The notes: generated from the sequence alone by a model not told the origin. A stretch of 41,075 bases of DNA from Octopus bimaculoides (GCF_001194135.2 NC_068986.1:67854442-67895516); one strand, 5' to 3'; numbered from the stretch's first letter, positions 24,090 through 36,230 are shown. Translations and numbers: made by a program.

Positions 24090-24716
24090 TTCCAAGTTTT
24101 GGCACGAGGCCAGCAATTTCGATGGAGTGGGCAAATCGATTTCATCGACCCCATTATTCGACCCTGAAAGGATGAAGTGCAAAGTTGACTTGTAGGAATT
24201 TGAACTCAGAACATAAAGACAAACGACATGAAGCTAAGCATTTTGCTCAGTATCTTAACAATTCTGCCAGCTTGCCGTCTTAAGATGGGTTAATATTAGC
24301 CATTAAGAAAGCAGTGATCTGACAGAATCGTTAGCACGTTGAGAAAAATGCTAAGCGGCATTTCGTCCATCTTTAGGTTCTGACTTTGCCTTTCAATATT
24401 TTCAGATCGATAAAATAAGTACCAGATGATCGCTGGGGTTCATGTAATCGACTTACCTCCTACCCCGAAATTGTTGGCTTTGTACCAAAATTTTAGCCTT
24501 TGAGAAGACGGTGAGCTGGAAGAATTGTTAGCACGCTGGCAAAATGTTTAACGGCATTTCGTCCGTCTTTCCGTTCTGAGTTCAAATTCTCCCGAGGTTG
24601 ACTTTGCTTTTCATCCTTTCGGGGTCGATAAAATAAACACTAAACAAATACTGGAGTCGATGCAATCGACTTACCCACTCCCTCAAAATTGCTGTCCTTG
24701 TACCAAAGTTTAAAAT
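24090..24716. mobile_element. Three family-2 SINEs: 24090-24279 (minus), 24310-24492 (plus), 24507-24716 (plus)
   Basis: Family-2 head, boxes and tail in each; the first two are head to head. Confidence 0.88.
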
Positions 24717-25029
24717 CAATATTAACCATTGTGAATCAAAATTTTTTTTCTTAAATGTTCAGACGTAATCTTAACATCATTTCCATAACATACTACAGAG
24801 CTTTTACAGTAAATATCTAAAGAATTTAGTAACAAATATGTGTAAGAAATATTTAAGTCGCAAACGATGTAACTATCAGTACAAAGCCTAACATGTTTCA
24901 AATGCTTCACAAGTATTTCTCTTCTGTAAGAAACGCCTCCTTATCGCTTGAAGGGAGAGCTAGAGATACTGCAGTGATTTTGCTGCCATCCCAGCAAAAG
25001 GCAGTCTACGTGTGGAATTGCAACCATAC

Positions 25030-25402
25030 TTGTTTGTCGTCCTCCTTATTCATGTTGTTCTTGTTCTTGTTATTGCTGGCACCGCTGTTATCGCTGAAGT
25101 TGCAGTTACTGTTGTTGCTTCAACTTGTGTTATTATCTTTGTTGCTGGTATTGCTGCAGCTGCTATTATTGCTGTTGCTGCTGCTGCTGCCTCTTTCATT
25201 GTTGTTTCTGTTGTTGCTCTTGTTGTAGCTCTTGTATTGTTGTTAATATTGCTGCACCTGCTATTGCTGTGCAGCTGTTGCCCCTTTGGTGGTGTTGTTA
25301 TAGCTTTTGCTATTATTGCTGTGTGTCCTTGTTGCTTGTGTTGTTCAGTTTGTAGTCATTACCACAGCTGTTATAACTTCTGTAGCTACTGTTCCTGTTG
25401 TC

Positions 25403-25433
<31 letters not shown>

Positions 25434-25467
25434 CTCTCATTATTGCTGTTGTTGTAACTGCTACTGT
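25030..25467. repeat. Degenerate (TGT/TGC)n trinucleotide tract
   Basis: Seen directly; source of the poly-L/V/C ORFs. Confidence 0.9.
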
Positions 25468-25479
25468 TATGTACCGTAA

Positions 25480-25860
25480 GTGGAGGTGCAATGGCCCAGT
25501 GGTTAGGGCAGCGGACTCGCGGCCATAGGATCGCGGTTTCGATTCCCAGAGCGAACATCGTGAGTGTTTATTGAGCGAGAACACCTAAAGCTCCACGAGG
25601 CTCTGGCAGGGGATGGTGGCGAACCGTGCTGTAGCCTTTCACCACCACTTTCTCTCACTTACTTCCTGTTTTTGTTGTGCCTGTAATTCAAAGAGTCAGC
25701 CTTGTCACACTGTGTCACGCTGAATATCCCCAAGAACTACGTTAAGGGTACACGTGTCTGTGGAGTGCTCAACCACTTGCACGTTAATTTCACGAGCAGG
25801 CTGATCCGTTGATCGGATCAACTTGAACCCTCGACGTCGTAAGCGACGAAGTGCCATCAA
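25480..25860 (+). mobile_element. tRNA-derived SINE, family 1, full-length copy B
   Basis: Perfect 12-bp TSD TATGTACCGTAA at 25468-25479 and 25861-25872; A-box TGGCCCAGTGG and B-box GGTTTCGATTCCC. Confidence 0.92.
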
Positions 25861-26319
25861 TATGTACCGTAAAGAGGTGGTGCAGTTTTTCGGAATATGA
25901 ACCTTAGAATAGTTCTCTTGTTCTACGTGCAGAATGAGAGCAAGGGACCTTGAAGCGTGCTGCAACGCTCCTTTAGCATTATCTCTTACTTCTCTTTCCA
26001 TTTCATTGGTTGTGGAAGCCAACGAAATGTTTTTAAAATTATTTTCTCAAAACACAATTTTATTTTCGCTTCGAATTTGCGTTCTAAAGGCGCAAGCAAA
26101 AAACCCAACCAAGCATCCCTATATATTTTGGTGATCTATAATAAATGATATATAACAAAATTGCAACAATAAACATATAGACAGACATGATGATGATGAT
26201 GACGAAGACGATGATGATGACAACAATAATAATAATAATAATTCTTTCTACTACTACGACTACTACTACCGCTGCAGCTGTTGCTGCTTCTACAACTACT
26301 ACTATTACTACCACTACTA

Positions 26320-26360
<41 letters not shown>

Positions 26361-26361
<1 letters not shown>

Positions 26362-26692
26362 TTACTCTTTTACTTGTTTCAGTCATTTGACTGCGGCCAT
26401 GCTGGAGCACCGCCTTTAGTCGAGCAAATCGACCCCAGGACTTATTCTTTTTGCAAGCCTAGTACTTATTCTAGCGGTCTATTTTGCCGAACCGCTAAAT
26501 TACGGGGACATAAACACACCACCATCGGTTGTCAAGCGATGTTGGGGGAATAAACACAGACACACAAACATATACACACACATACATATATATATAGTAG
26601 AAGACACTTGCCCAAGGTGCCACACAGTGGGACTGAACCCGGAACCATGTGGCTGGTAAGCTAGCTACCAACCACACAGCCACTCCTGCGCC
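26361..26692 (-). mobile_element. SINE family 3 (CORE-like) with internal microsatellite
   Basis: tRNA-like head with GGTTCAGTCC, CORE-like ACCTTGGGCAAG and internal (TA)/(TG) repeat; homologous to 38528-38971. Confidence 0.8.
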
Positions 26693-26719
26693 TACTACTA
26701 CTACTACTACTACTACTAC

Positions 26720-26782
<63 letters not shown>

Positions 26783-26783
<1 letters not shown>

Positions 26784-27240
26784 TCTTAAACATTCACTAG
26801 AACAAAACTGTACAAATCCAAATATATGGTACCCTAGGCATAACACCTACATGAACTTCTAACTTGTTGTCTCTTGAGGTCTCTGGGTGAGACTTGAATC
26901 CAACTTGTACAAATGCAAAACAAAAGTCAAACATAAAATAATAATAATGATAATAATCAAAGACCTAGAAATAGAGGTAACTCGAATGCGGAATCTAAAA
27001 ACAGAAACAATTCCTATCATAGTGGGCGCATTAGGTATGACAAATACATAACAAAATCACCAGGACTTACAACTGTATACAACATGCAGAAAATTGCACT
27101 ACTGGGCACTGCACACATCCTATGCAAAGCACTTTCCATACAGTAACCATAAGAGCATCACAGCAAACCACAGCACATACCCAAAGCACACAAAGTTGCG
27201 CTCGGTAGTGAAGTGAAAGCACGTTATAAAAATAAAACTG

Positions 27241-27243
<3 letters not shown>
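26783..27243 (+). mobile_element. Two stacked RLE LINE 3' ends (26783-26937 and 26958-27243), each with a (TAA)n tail
   Basis: The second encodes KDLEIEVTRMRNLKTETIPIIVGALG...QKIALLGTAHILCKALSIQ*. The first is a short ORF end plus UTR with the shared UTR motif. Confidence 0.8.
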
Positions 27244-27331
<88 letters not shown>

Positions 27332-29371
27332 TTGGTCAGTTTCACCATGACCACGTCCTGCACAATACTACACAACCGATGATAAGCAAGAGTCATTGTC
27401 GCTACCAATATCTCAGACTATAGAATTTGTATTTCCGTTTCCTCTGTGTTGTGGTTCCAGTCTGGGTGCAGTCATGTGGCACACCAACTCTGTTTGGTTT
27501 TGAAGATTAGATATTCTTCCATACTCTCTTCCTTATTTGATGGAACACGCATTCCTTATACATCCACCAGACCTTCCTCTACTTTCACTTTCGACGGCAT
27601 TGATTTGACAAAAAGAAACTTAGATAAGCAGCCTGTCTACTCGCATTTTCTGGAAATATTCTTCGATCAATCAGGCCTCTAATTTGTGTCATGTTTTGTA
27701 CGCTTTTTCCTTTGTCTAGACTTGACCGATGTCCAGTACGTCCCTCTAGATTTCAAAGTATAACCTGACGCTATTTAGTTATTGAGATTTTTCAGTTTAT
27801 ATTTAACCTTTTTTGCGTATTTTCAAAACTTGTAGAGATAGTGCATTCAGTTTCACTACGCTTCTGTCTAGCACGTGGTAGCAAACCAAAGTAGGTGATG
27901 ACCAAAAAATCTCATTGGACGAACCTTTTTGGTTACAGAGTAACGAAAGAGATGTTCAAATATTCCGAAGCACTTCGTTGCAATTTTTGTATGTTTTAGT
28001 TTTTTTTATAAAGTGATCCTGGGAGAAAATATCTTCGAAGCGGTGCTCTGTGAAATGTAACTGTTCAGGTAGTAGCAACAAGAACAACAGTATGCACATA
28101 CAAACATCTACACATTCACATATACATACTTACATACTCTAAACATGCATAAATATATTTTCTATCCACTCTCCAGATAGGTAGTTTTCAACTTTAAATA
28201 TTCAATATTCAGGTAGACAAAAATGGCAGATTTTAGAAAATAAATAAACAATAGCAGGCCTTCCTTTTATAATAAGATTAAAGACACTGTGCTGCGAATT
28301 CCTGTGCGTGGGCAGAGGTATTTGTGTGTGAAGAATATGTTTGTGTCAGAGTAAGTGTATGTTTGTATCTATAATACCCATATTATTAGGCGAGTATTAT
28401 AGAAAACGTTATAAATAATTCAAGAATTTTTTCCTTCATTCTTTTTCTTTTTTGCTCTCACAAACCATTGTCTTTCTCTTTTCCCTCTCGCTTTATCTCT
28501 TCTCTCTGTCTCTGTTTCTTTCATTCGCCTTTTTATCTCTCATCTCTTTTTATATCTATCTTACTCTGTGTTTTTCATTTTCTTTCTTTTTGTTTTCTGA
28601 TAACCCAAATTTTATTCTCTGCCATAAGATTCCATGTTGAAGCTAGCGTCAATGAGTTATACTGATGCAGTTGCTACGATTACAGTGTCAAAAATACTTT
28701 TCCTCTTATAAAAATGTTCAACCGATATTTCACCAGCAACCAATTCAATATGAACATATGTAAACCTTTACATTATGAAACTTGCTATCCCACACATTTT
28801 AGTAATATAACATTACTAAAAAACTGCTCAACTGAGATTTTTCTTGACCTAGCAAAGATAGTTATAAAGCAAAACATTTCTGTCAAAGACATAAAGGAAA
28901 TGAAAATAAATGTAAGTGTATAGCGACTGGTATTCATATGCGATATTTAATACAACCTTAAACATTCCGAGGGATTCTGATCCTATAACAGTCAGGTCGC
29001 TTTGACTACAAGTAAAATATAACTGAAAAAGTGTTGATAAATAGTTGCTGTTAAGTCGATCCGACCAACCACTACGGCGTCTCGCATAGAAATTAATTCG
29101 CTACTCTTCGGAAAGCAACACGCAAGACTAAATTCTAGTTGCAGCGTAAGAAATTTGATTTCATGCCAATATATGAAATATTGGTTGAGATTTATCTAAT
29201 TATTAACCTCTTGTCTAGTATAGATATGCAGTCAGAGATTATTGTGAAAATATGCTCAAAACTATGACTAAAATAGTATTCAAATAGATTATTCTCTCTT
29301 GTAGACACAATTGAAAATAGAATCAAATTTACTTCGTACAGTAAAATTTCTGGCAATATTTCTACTTCTAT

Positions 29372-29527
29372 AAGACGGCGAACTGGCAGAATTTAGCACG
29401 CCGGGCGAAATGCTTAGCGGTATTTCGTCTGTCTTTACTTTCTGAGTTCAAATTCCGCCGAGGTCGAGTTTGCCTTTCATCCTTTGGGGGTTGATAAATT
29501 AAGTACCAGTTGCATCGAGTAGAAAAG
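29372..29527 (+). mobile_element. Well-preserved family-2 SINE with 3' internal deletion and 17-bp TSD
   Basis: AATATTTCTACTTCTAT at 29355-29371 and 29528-29544. Confidence 0.92.
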
Positions 29528-30419
29528 AATATTTCTACTTCTATGCAGAACCCATGTGGAAGCTAAATGAAACGTAGAATATATGCAACTATGAAAATGA
29601 TAGTGCCTCTTTTACTGGGTATTAATACATTTGTTTGATACCATTAACTATGATGTTCATGATTTGCCAGAAAATAAGTAAATAAACTTCAACCAAGAAT
29701 CGAAAATGTATTGTGATCTTAGCTTGTATGGAGTTTAACTCTTTACAAATGGGCATATTGATAAGTTTTTATATACATATTACAATATGATTATATATTG
29801 TGGGTTTCAAAATAAACAAACATCCGTTTGAAACCTGAAAAGACTAGATCGCCTACGAATATCACTGTACACACTATCTCTATTGTGTATTTACGCTATA
29901 GCACAACTTGTGTTTCCAAAAGCGAACGCCAAAGATTTTCAAGATTTTTTTTTTAATATTTCATCATTTTCACTTTCTTCGAACTATTTACGACAAAACA
30001 ACATGAAGACATGCAGACCTTTAGTGAGAAATTGATCTATTAACTCGAACAGTCAATCCAGTCTAAATTACTAAGATCAATGTGACGTGTCAGATTTTAT
30101 TGCTAAGTCTGAAGTATTTTATAGCCATAATTGGCTATTCTCTGAAAGACGAAATCAACAACAAAACTATTGCTAAGGAATATCGTATGCTGTATTTCCA
30201 CAGCTATAATTTAATTTGGCAGGAAGTAAGCGGTAATTAAGCACACCTCCTGGCGTTACTCAGCTACTGGCAGAATCAGTAAATAAGATTCATAAGGATT
30301 CTTTACAAGAATATCCAGAATCGTAAACTTTATTGGCTTTACGAGGTTAGCGTCTGGCTTAATGGTTATATAGGAATAACTATTTGGAATATAAAATATG
30401 CTGTCCAAAACATCTCGAA

Positions 30420-31760
30420 TGTGTTTTGTTCTTACTAAGTCATTTATCATCGCTGTTAAAAATATTTATTATCAAAGTTGTTCCAGTTATAACACTCTTT
30501 ATTGCATATACATCAAAAATTGCTCTGTCTATTCCAACCCTTATTTTTAGGGACATTTGTCTGCTATTTCCGGCATGTCAATCGCCCTCGTAGAGTTTCT
30601 CTGTTTTAAATTTGTACTTTAAAAAATATTTTGCACTTCATGGAAATAGAAGGAAGAACTGCAAGGGAATACAATCTTCGTGATATAACATTGCAAATAA
30701 TATTAATTTACAACACTGGTACAGGGTCAGTATTTTGTATTGGAAGAGGAATAGTCAACTGAAGCAATTCCCCTACATGACTGCTACATATTTTATAAAT
30801 ACTGAATACTAAACTAAGAATCAACACTTTAAAACTACAATTACATTGTGATTAAGGAAATTTGCATCGTTCAGACAATTAGCTGAGCAAATATGAAGAG
30901 TACATCCTCCCCCTACATGATGTATATCAATACGATGTTTCTCAAACTCTGATGATGAACAAGGCTTTTTCTCGAGTAAGACCTTTACATTTCGCTTTAA
31001 GTTTATCAAGTCTTTATCGGAGATGAAAACCTTGGATTTAACTCTTTAAACCGCAAACATCACACTACAACTTTCACTATAGCAGGTGGAAAATTGCGTG
31101 CCATATTTTGCTGCAGGAAGGCATTAGGATAATCTTTACTATGGATGCCGCTACCAACTGATTCTTCCTGCATTCAAAACAAAGACCCTGTATGAATCCG
31201 TACGACAGGAATATTCTGCACAAGTTATCACGACATAATTATAGATGTCTGTAGAAAGCAATGCCCTCCAATAGCACTTTAAAATATTTTCAGTAATTTC
31301 CATCCAAGAATTCTTTAGAAAAAGTAATTCAGTATATCCTCTTTGAAATCTACTTTGCCCCGAAAAGATACTGCTGTTCACACCCACTATTAACATTCTA
31401 TTTATTGGCTTCACGTGGCACTAATCGCATTAAAGAACTGGTAGTATACCGTAAGTACCCGGTAATTCTCCAGCTGCCAAAAGCTTCTATCACCCCTTGG
31501 CTCATAATTGCAGGTCATAGCAAGAAATGTCTGGTGCTTACGCATAACCATTATAAAAATATTCACAACCTCAGCGCATCTTTCTAGATCACACGCGATG
31601 AGATATGGCAAGTTCTATATGCAACAACTAGATATAAAAATATGCCTTTTCTCCTAAAAGGCTAAAAATCACTATAAGAGGTCAAATCACCATAAAATAT
31701 AAGTTTATTGAGGGCTGGAAAGGTAAACCTAGAGCACCCAACATGCTATAATAAAGGTTT
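30420..31760 (-). mobile_element. Decayed Helitron PIF1-like helicase remnant
   Basis: Collinear remnants: LGALG..INL for LDAPGGTGKT (~31735), TCHIS, GYLRYT-PV for GDFRQTLPV (~31450), KLLKI, YPNAFL..FPP (~31120) and SRQMSLKIRVGID..VYAIKSV for SQGQSL.VGID..LYVA.SRV (~30540). Manual alignment. Confidence 0.55.
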
Positions 31761-31932
31761 CTGATAGCTAACCATTTCCTCTGACATCCAACAACAATAA
31801 TTATGCGATAATTTTGACTTGCCTTTCCCATTTATTTCTTTTTGTTAAGCTCTCCTCAATACTGTTTATCGCTTTGATTGATTAAGGCACTTCATAATAG
31901 TTAATTCTATTCATTGGATGTAAGAACTTTCT

Positions 31933-32004
<72 letters not shown>

Positions 32005-32009
32005 CTGTG

Positions 32010-32045
<36 letters not shown>

Positions 32046-32074
32046 CAGACAGACAGTTCAGCGGTTTCATCAAC

Positions 32075-32766
32075 TTGATGACCCATACCCCTGACACAGA
32101 GGTCTTAGAAAGAGACAATGCAGTGAGTAGTGAGGCCCATATTCACCGTCATTGTATGAGTTGCTGAGTTGGTCGTCATGTGCGCCTTGATGACAGCAGA
32201 ATTCTCAAGCAAATGTGTGGCGAACTATCGCAAAGTACACGACCACAATATAAGCCAAGAAAGCGATTCTAGGACAACCTAAAAAATCGCTTGGAATCTG
32301 CTTTCAGAACAGAAGTAGGAAGAGATATCACATGATAAGAAAACTGAAAACAACGTGTCTATGACGGAGTGAGCACATTCCAGCGAAATGCAAACGAGTG
32401 TTCACTCATAAGAAGATCAATACGAAAAGACAATTTCGTTGACTCTACAATTCCTCAACTAGTCTGTGAATTCTGTGGCCGCATACATATTATTTGTGCA
32501 GGTTTGGTGAGCCACCAGAGAAACCACGCAAAAAGACTTGTTAGAAACGACCGCAACTTCCTTACTGGGGTCCACCTCACATCTATTATCTGCGAGAAAA
32601 CGTGTATTAATCGCTTATGCTGATCTAGGCACAATGAAAGTGCACAAAGAAAATCATCAGAATACTCCGAAACAACGAAGAAATTTGGAGAATTTGTATG
32701 AATGTCGAATATGCAACAGGTCATGTAAGTTGCTAGCATGATTCAAGGGTCATTATCGTTCTCACT
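32075..32766 (+). mobile_element. RTE-clade LINE 3' fragment with C-terminal C2H2 fingers
   Basis: PDTEVLER, GRHVRLDDSRILKQMCGELSQSTRPQYKPRKRF*DNLK, then CEFCGR..GLVSHQRNH and two more finger remnants. Confidence 0.85.
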
Positions 32767-33954
32767 GTATGTAACATATGTATATATATAGGTATATATA
32801 AATATATGTGTATATGTGTGGTGGGGTGCGTGCGCAGGCAAAATACACATATATGCATATGTATAAAGAGAGTGTGAGACAGAGCGAGAGAGTAAGAGTT
32901 GAGAGGAATAGAGAGAGATACAGAGAAAGAAAGAGATGCGCGTGTGTGTAAGTGTGAGCGTGCGTGTGCGCGCGCGTGCACGGATAGAATTGGAAGTAAT
33001 GATTTTCAAATATTCGTTGATATAAATGAAGAGAAATTTCTGAAGCCAGTAATGAAAACAAGTGGCTGACTCTGCTCATGAAGTGCAAACGTCGCTGCAC
33101 TCGGCAAGTAAACTCCTTGGGCGCCAGTTAACCTAGCCTGAATACCGAGGCAGTCAATACTTGTCACATTCGTCTTATGAATAATGGATACAAATTTCAT
33201 TTCTGTATATATTTATATCTGATACTGCAATAAAATCTTTCATATTGTTTTAATGAACTTGTCTGTTATGTACAGTGTGAGTGCTAAAGTAAAATGTTTT
33301 GGTGCCCTATTCTTAATCCGTGATATCAACTACGTTAATCCCATGGTAATACTCTAATGAATACAGGTAGATATTTTCAATATCAGAGTGTATTATGGCA
33401 GAAATCTAATTAATAGGGAATAAATCTCTGCTACTATTACTTAGTGACCTACAACTGATTCAAATGAATCAAAACAAAAAAAAACACTGTGAAAGAATAA
33501 ATACCAATATAAGCTATGTAAAATGTAGCTAGTATGATGGTAGAAGAAAGAAAGAAAGAAAGAAAAGATTTTTGTTGCTGACATTGCATTGAAATGTTTG
33601 TGAGTCTCTGAGGAAAGCTGAAGAAATATTACAAAGAATCTTTCATGATGTCCATAATAATGCTTTTCAATACGTGTGTGCACTACAATTACGTATCCAA
33701 CACCCATAAATGTACATAGTTACATATAGCCACAAGTAAACACATGAACATGCGATAAATAACCAAGCCCTAAAAAACAGTTCCCTCGCAATGGAAATCT
33801 ATCAGTGAATATGTCACTGCAGTGTAACTTAAGATTTTCACATTTCATGAAATAGATTTGAAGCGAGTGTAAGTTTCACGTGTTATAAATTACTAGAATT
33901 ATTATTAGAAAGGCTCCTTCACATTGTAATCGAAACAATGTGCATATATATATA

Positions 33955-34028
33955 TATAAATAGAGAAAAGGATAAAGAGAACAACTGTAACTTCACCATT
34001 GTTCTTTTTATCCTTTTCTCTATTTATA
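33955..34028 (+). repeat. 74-nt hairpin: 30-bp stem, 14-nt loop
   Basis: Arms 33955-33984 and 33999-34028 pair fully apart from one G-T. Confidence 0.95.
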
Positions 34029-34166
34029 CATACACACGCTAAAACACGACTTATAATCCCCAATCCTGTTTATACAACGATTGGGGCATAACTAACCGGT
34101 ATACAGCACTTACTCGGTATTACATGTATCTGTGGGTTTGGTTAAATCCAATACCCTCCTTAACCT

Positions 34167-34209
<43 letters not shown>

Positions 34210-35180
34210 GTGGTTTTCGTGAAATTGATTTTACTAATTGATACCTGTTGGGTGCTGTAATTGTATTTTGACCCATGTGTTGTGAACTTTTTGGACATGA
34301 TGAGCGGAATTAAATTTTACATGTTGTACCTGCTGATACCTGCTGGGTGCCTGTTATTCACTCTTGTATATACCTAACTGGTGCGGACTTACCTATTGGT
34401 GTCTACTGTTTTTAAGTTGTAAAACGTGCCCGAGGGAGATGAAGAACTTTGAGATTTAACTCTAAATGGTGTTAAATTATTTCTGTCCTCGATTTTTAAC
34501 CGATGGACTACTTTATGGTACCTCATTTCTTTATTCTATTTTACTTTATTTTATATCGTCCTATATTATATTATATATTTGAAATTTTTATTCCTTTTAT
34601 TCGTATTAATTTTTCTTCGTATTAATTTTAACTTCTGTGAAATGATATTTATGTGTATTGTATTATACTTTTAACTCAATTTTTTTCATTTGTATGTTAT
34701 CGGTTGAAACAATATATTCGTGTATAAAATTTTATACTATATGTTCTATTTCTTGCATCTTCTTATATATTTCTATTTCTTTTATTTATTATTTCTTCTT
34801 ACGTTATTTTTCTTACGTTATATCTTCTTATTCCTTATGTTTGACGGATTATGTTGTATATCTTATATATGTTCATTGAGGGGTGTGATATGTTGAGTCG
34901 TTAACCCAGCGTTTATATTCTATAACTAATATTTTACTCTTGTCTCAATTATTCTTAGCACTTCTTGCAGCCCTGTATAAAATCTATTGGTTTCCTAATA
35001 AGAAACCATTAATATTACATATATATATATATAGTAAGAAAAAGGAGAATTTCGATAATCCTCACGCGGTGAGTTGTAATACAAAATACATATATATAAA
35101 ATAAAAGAAGGAAAATGCACACAGTTTACATAGTTTTAATATATATTTTAATACATCTTATAAATGAAAGAGTATTGTGT

Positions 35181-35214
35181 CTGTCGACCGGTTTCGCTTT
35201 CGCTAATCATGACA
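35181..35214 (-). ncRNA. Penelope-type minimal type I hammerhead ribozyme motif with variant core
   Basis: Minus strand reads UGUC-AUGAUUA-GC GAAA GC-GAAA-C CG G-UC-GACA. Stems I, II and III and the GUC cleavage triplet are in canonical geometry. Confidence 0.7.
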
Positions 35215-35229
35215 TTAAAATTATTGTAA

Positions 35230-36230
35230 TTTAGTATTTTTTTTAGATTTTAGTTCATCACTTAGAAATGAATCAACAGATTGAAAAATTTAGGTAGAGG
35301 TAATTGGTGAGCGTTATTATTCGGGACAGGGTAGGTAACTGGTCATTTTGGGGGGAGGGGTAAATAAATATATAAAACTGAAAAGCTAAAGTAGTGAGAT
35401 GAAATATTTATTTCTTTATTTTTAAGAATTTTCAGAATATTTTGAGAATTTGTATTCCACATACGGGAATTCACATGACTATGAAAAATCTTTTTTTAAA
35501 AAAAGAATATTTCGAATTTCCTTTATTAAAAAATCATAATTTTAAATACGCACAGTCCGAGTTTTGGGCTTAAATCCCAATAGTAGACCGTTAAATGTTG
35601 TTTATAGGGAGAAAAACATTGGTAAATATCAATATATCAGACTGACAAATAAGCGAGGAGGGTATAAGGTGATCGTGAGATGTGTTAAAAATAACAGCTA
35701 ACTAGCCCTTAAATCACGTGCCAAATTTTAATTATTTATGTATTTATTTATTTTTTAGAACAAATCCTAAAAAATTTTCTGAAAATTCCAAACAATAAAA
35801 AAGTTGTGCAGAGTCATATGGCGTGCTTATCGCAGAATTCCGCCAGAAGATGAAGATACAAAGGTGAGAGAATATAATCGACCGAATTATAAAATATACA
35901 ATTAATTATTAGATTACTAACTCCAATTCAAGAAAAGACTTATATACAAAATTTAAAACTCCTTTTGTGTAGCTCGGAAAATTTAATAAACATTTTCACA
36001 AGCAAAAATTGCCGAGTATATTATATTGGCCAAGCTGGCCAGGCATTCTGTGGAAGAGCGACTCTCGCATATCAGCTAACCATAAACAAAACAAGATTCT
36101 CCGTCAACGTATTCTTAATCGTGGGGGAGATACCTTGCTGAGTTTTCATATTATCCGTTTATTCGAATTGCAATTTAAAAGCCAAGCAACAACAAATGAA
36201 TAAATAAATAAATAACTGCATTTTATAAAC
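35230..36230. mobile_element. Penelope-like element fragments: GIY-YIG on plus (~35960-36200) and a possible ORF end on minus (~35250)
   Basis: Plus-strand CSSENLINIFTSKNCRVYYIGQAGQ..RATL matches the PLE endonuclease pattern C.S.NLIY.I.C..C..YIGQT. The minus-strand end IHF*VMN* is weak. Confidence 0.65.

Noticed and set aside
25480-25555. tRNA-like sequence (also the other SINE heads)
   Set aside because: A and B boxes are present, but no full cloverleaf was found and each head continues into a SINE body.
25873-26022. Protein-like minus-strand ORF segment (NEMEREVRDNAKGALQHASR...)
   Set aside because: No family recognised. The rest of the ORF is SINE sequence and the acceptor is weak.
27400-27955. 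Possible piggyBac 5' end (GTAACGAAAGAG terminus, acidic peptide)
   Set aside because: No TTAA junction, partner TIR or catalytic motif was found.
33006-33200. 64-aa minus-strand ORF preceded by a CAG, possible terminal exon
   Set aside because: No homology recognised and no partner exons identified.
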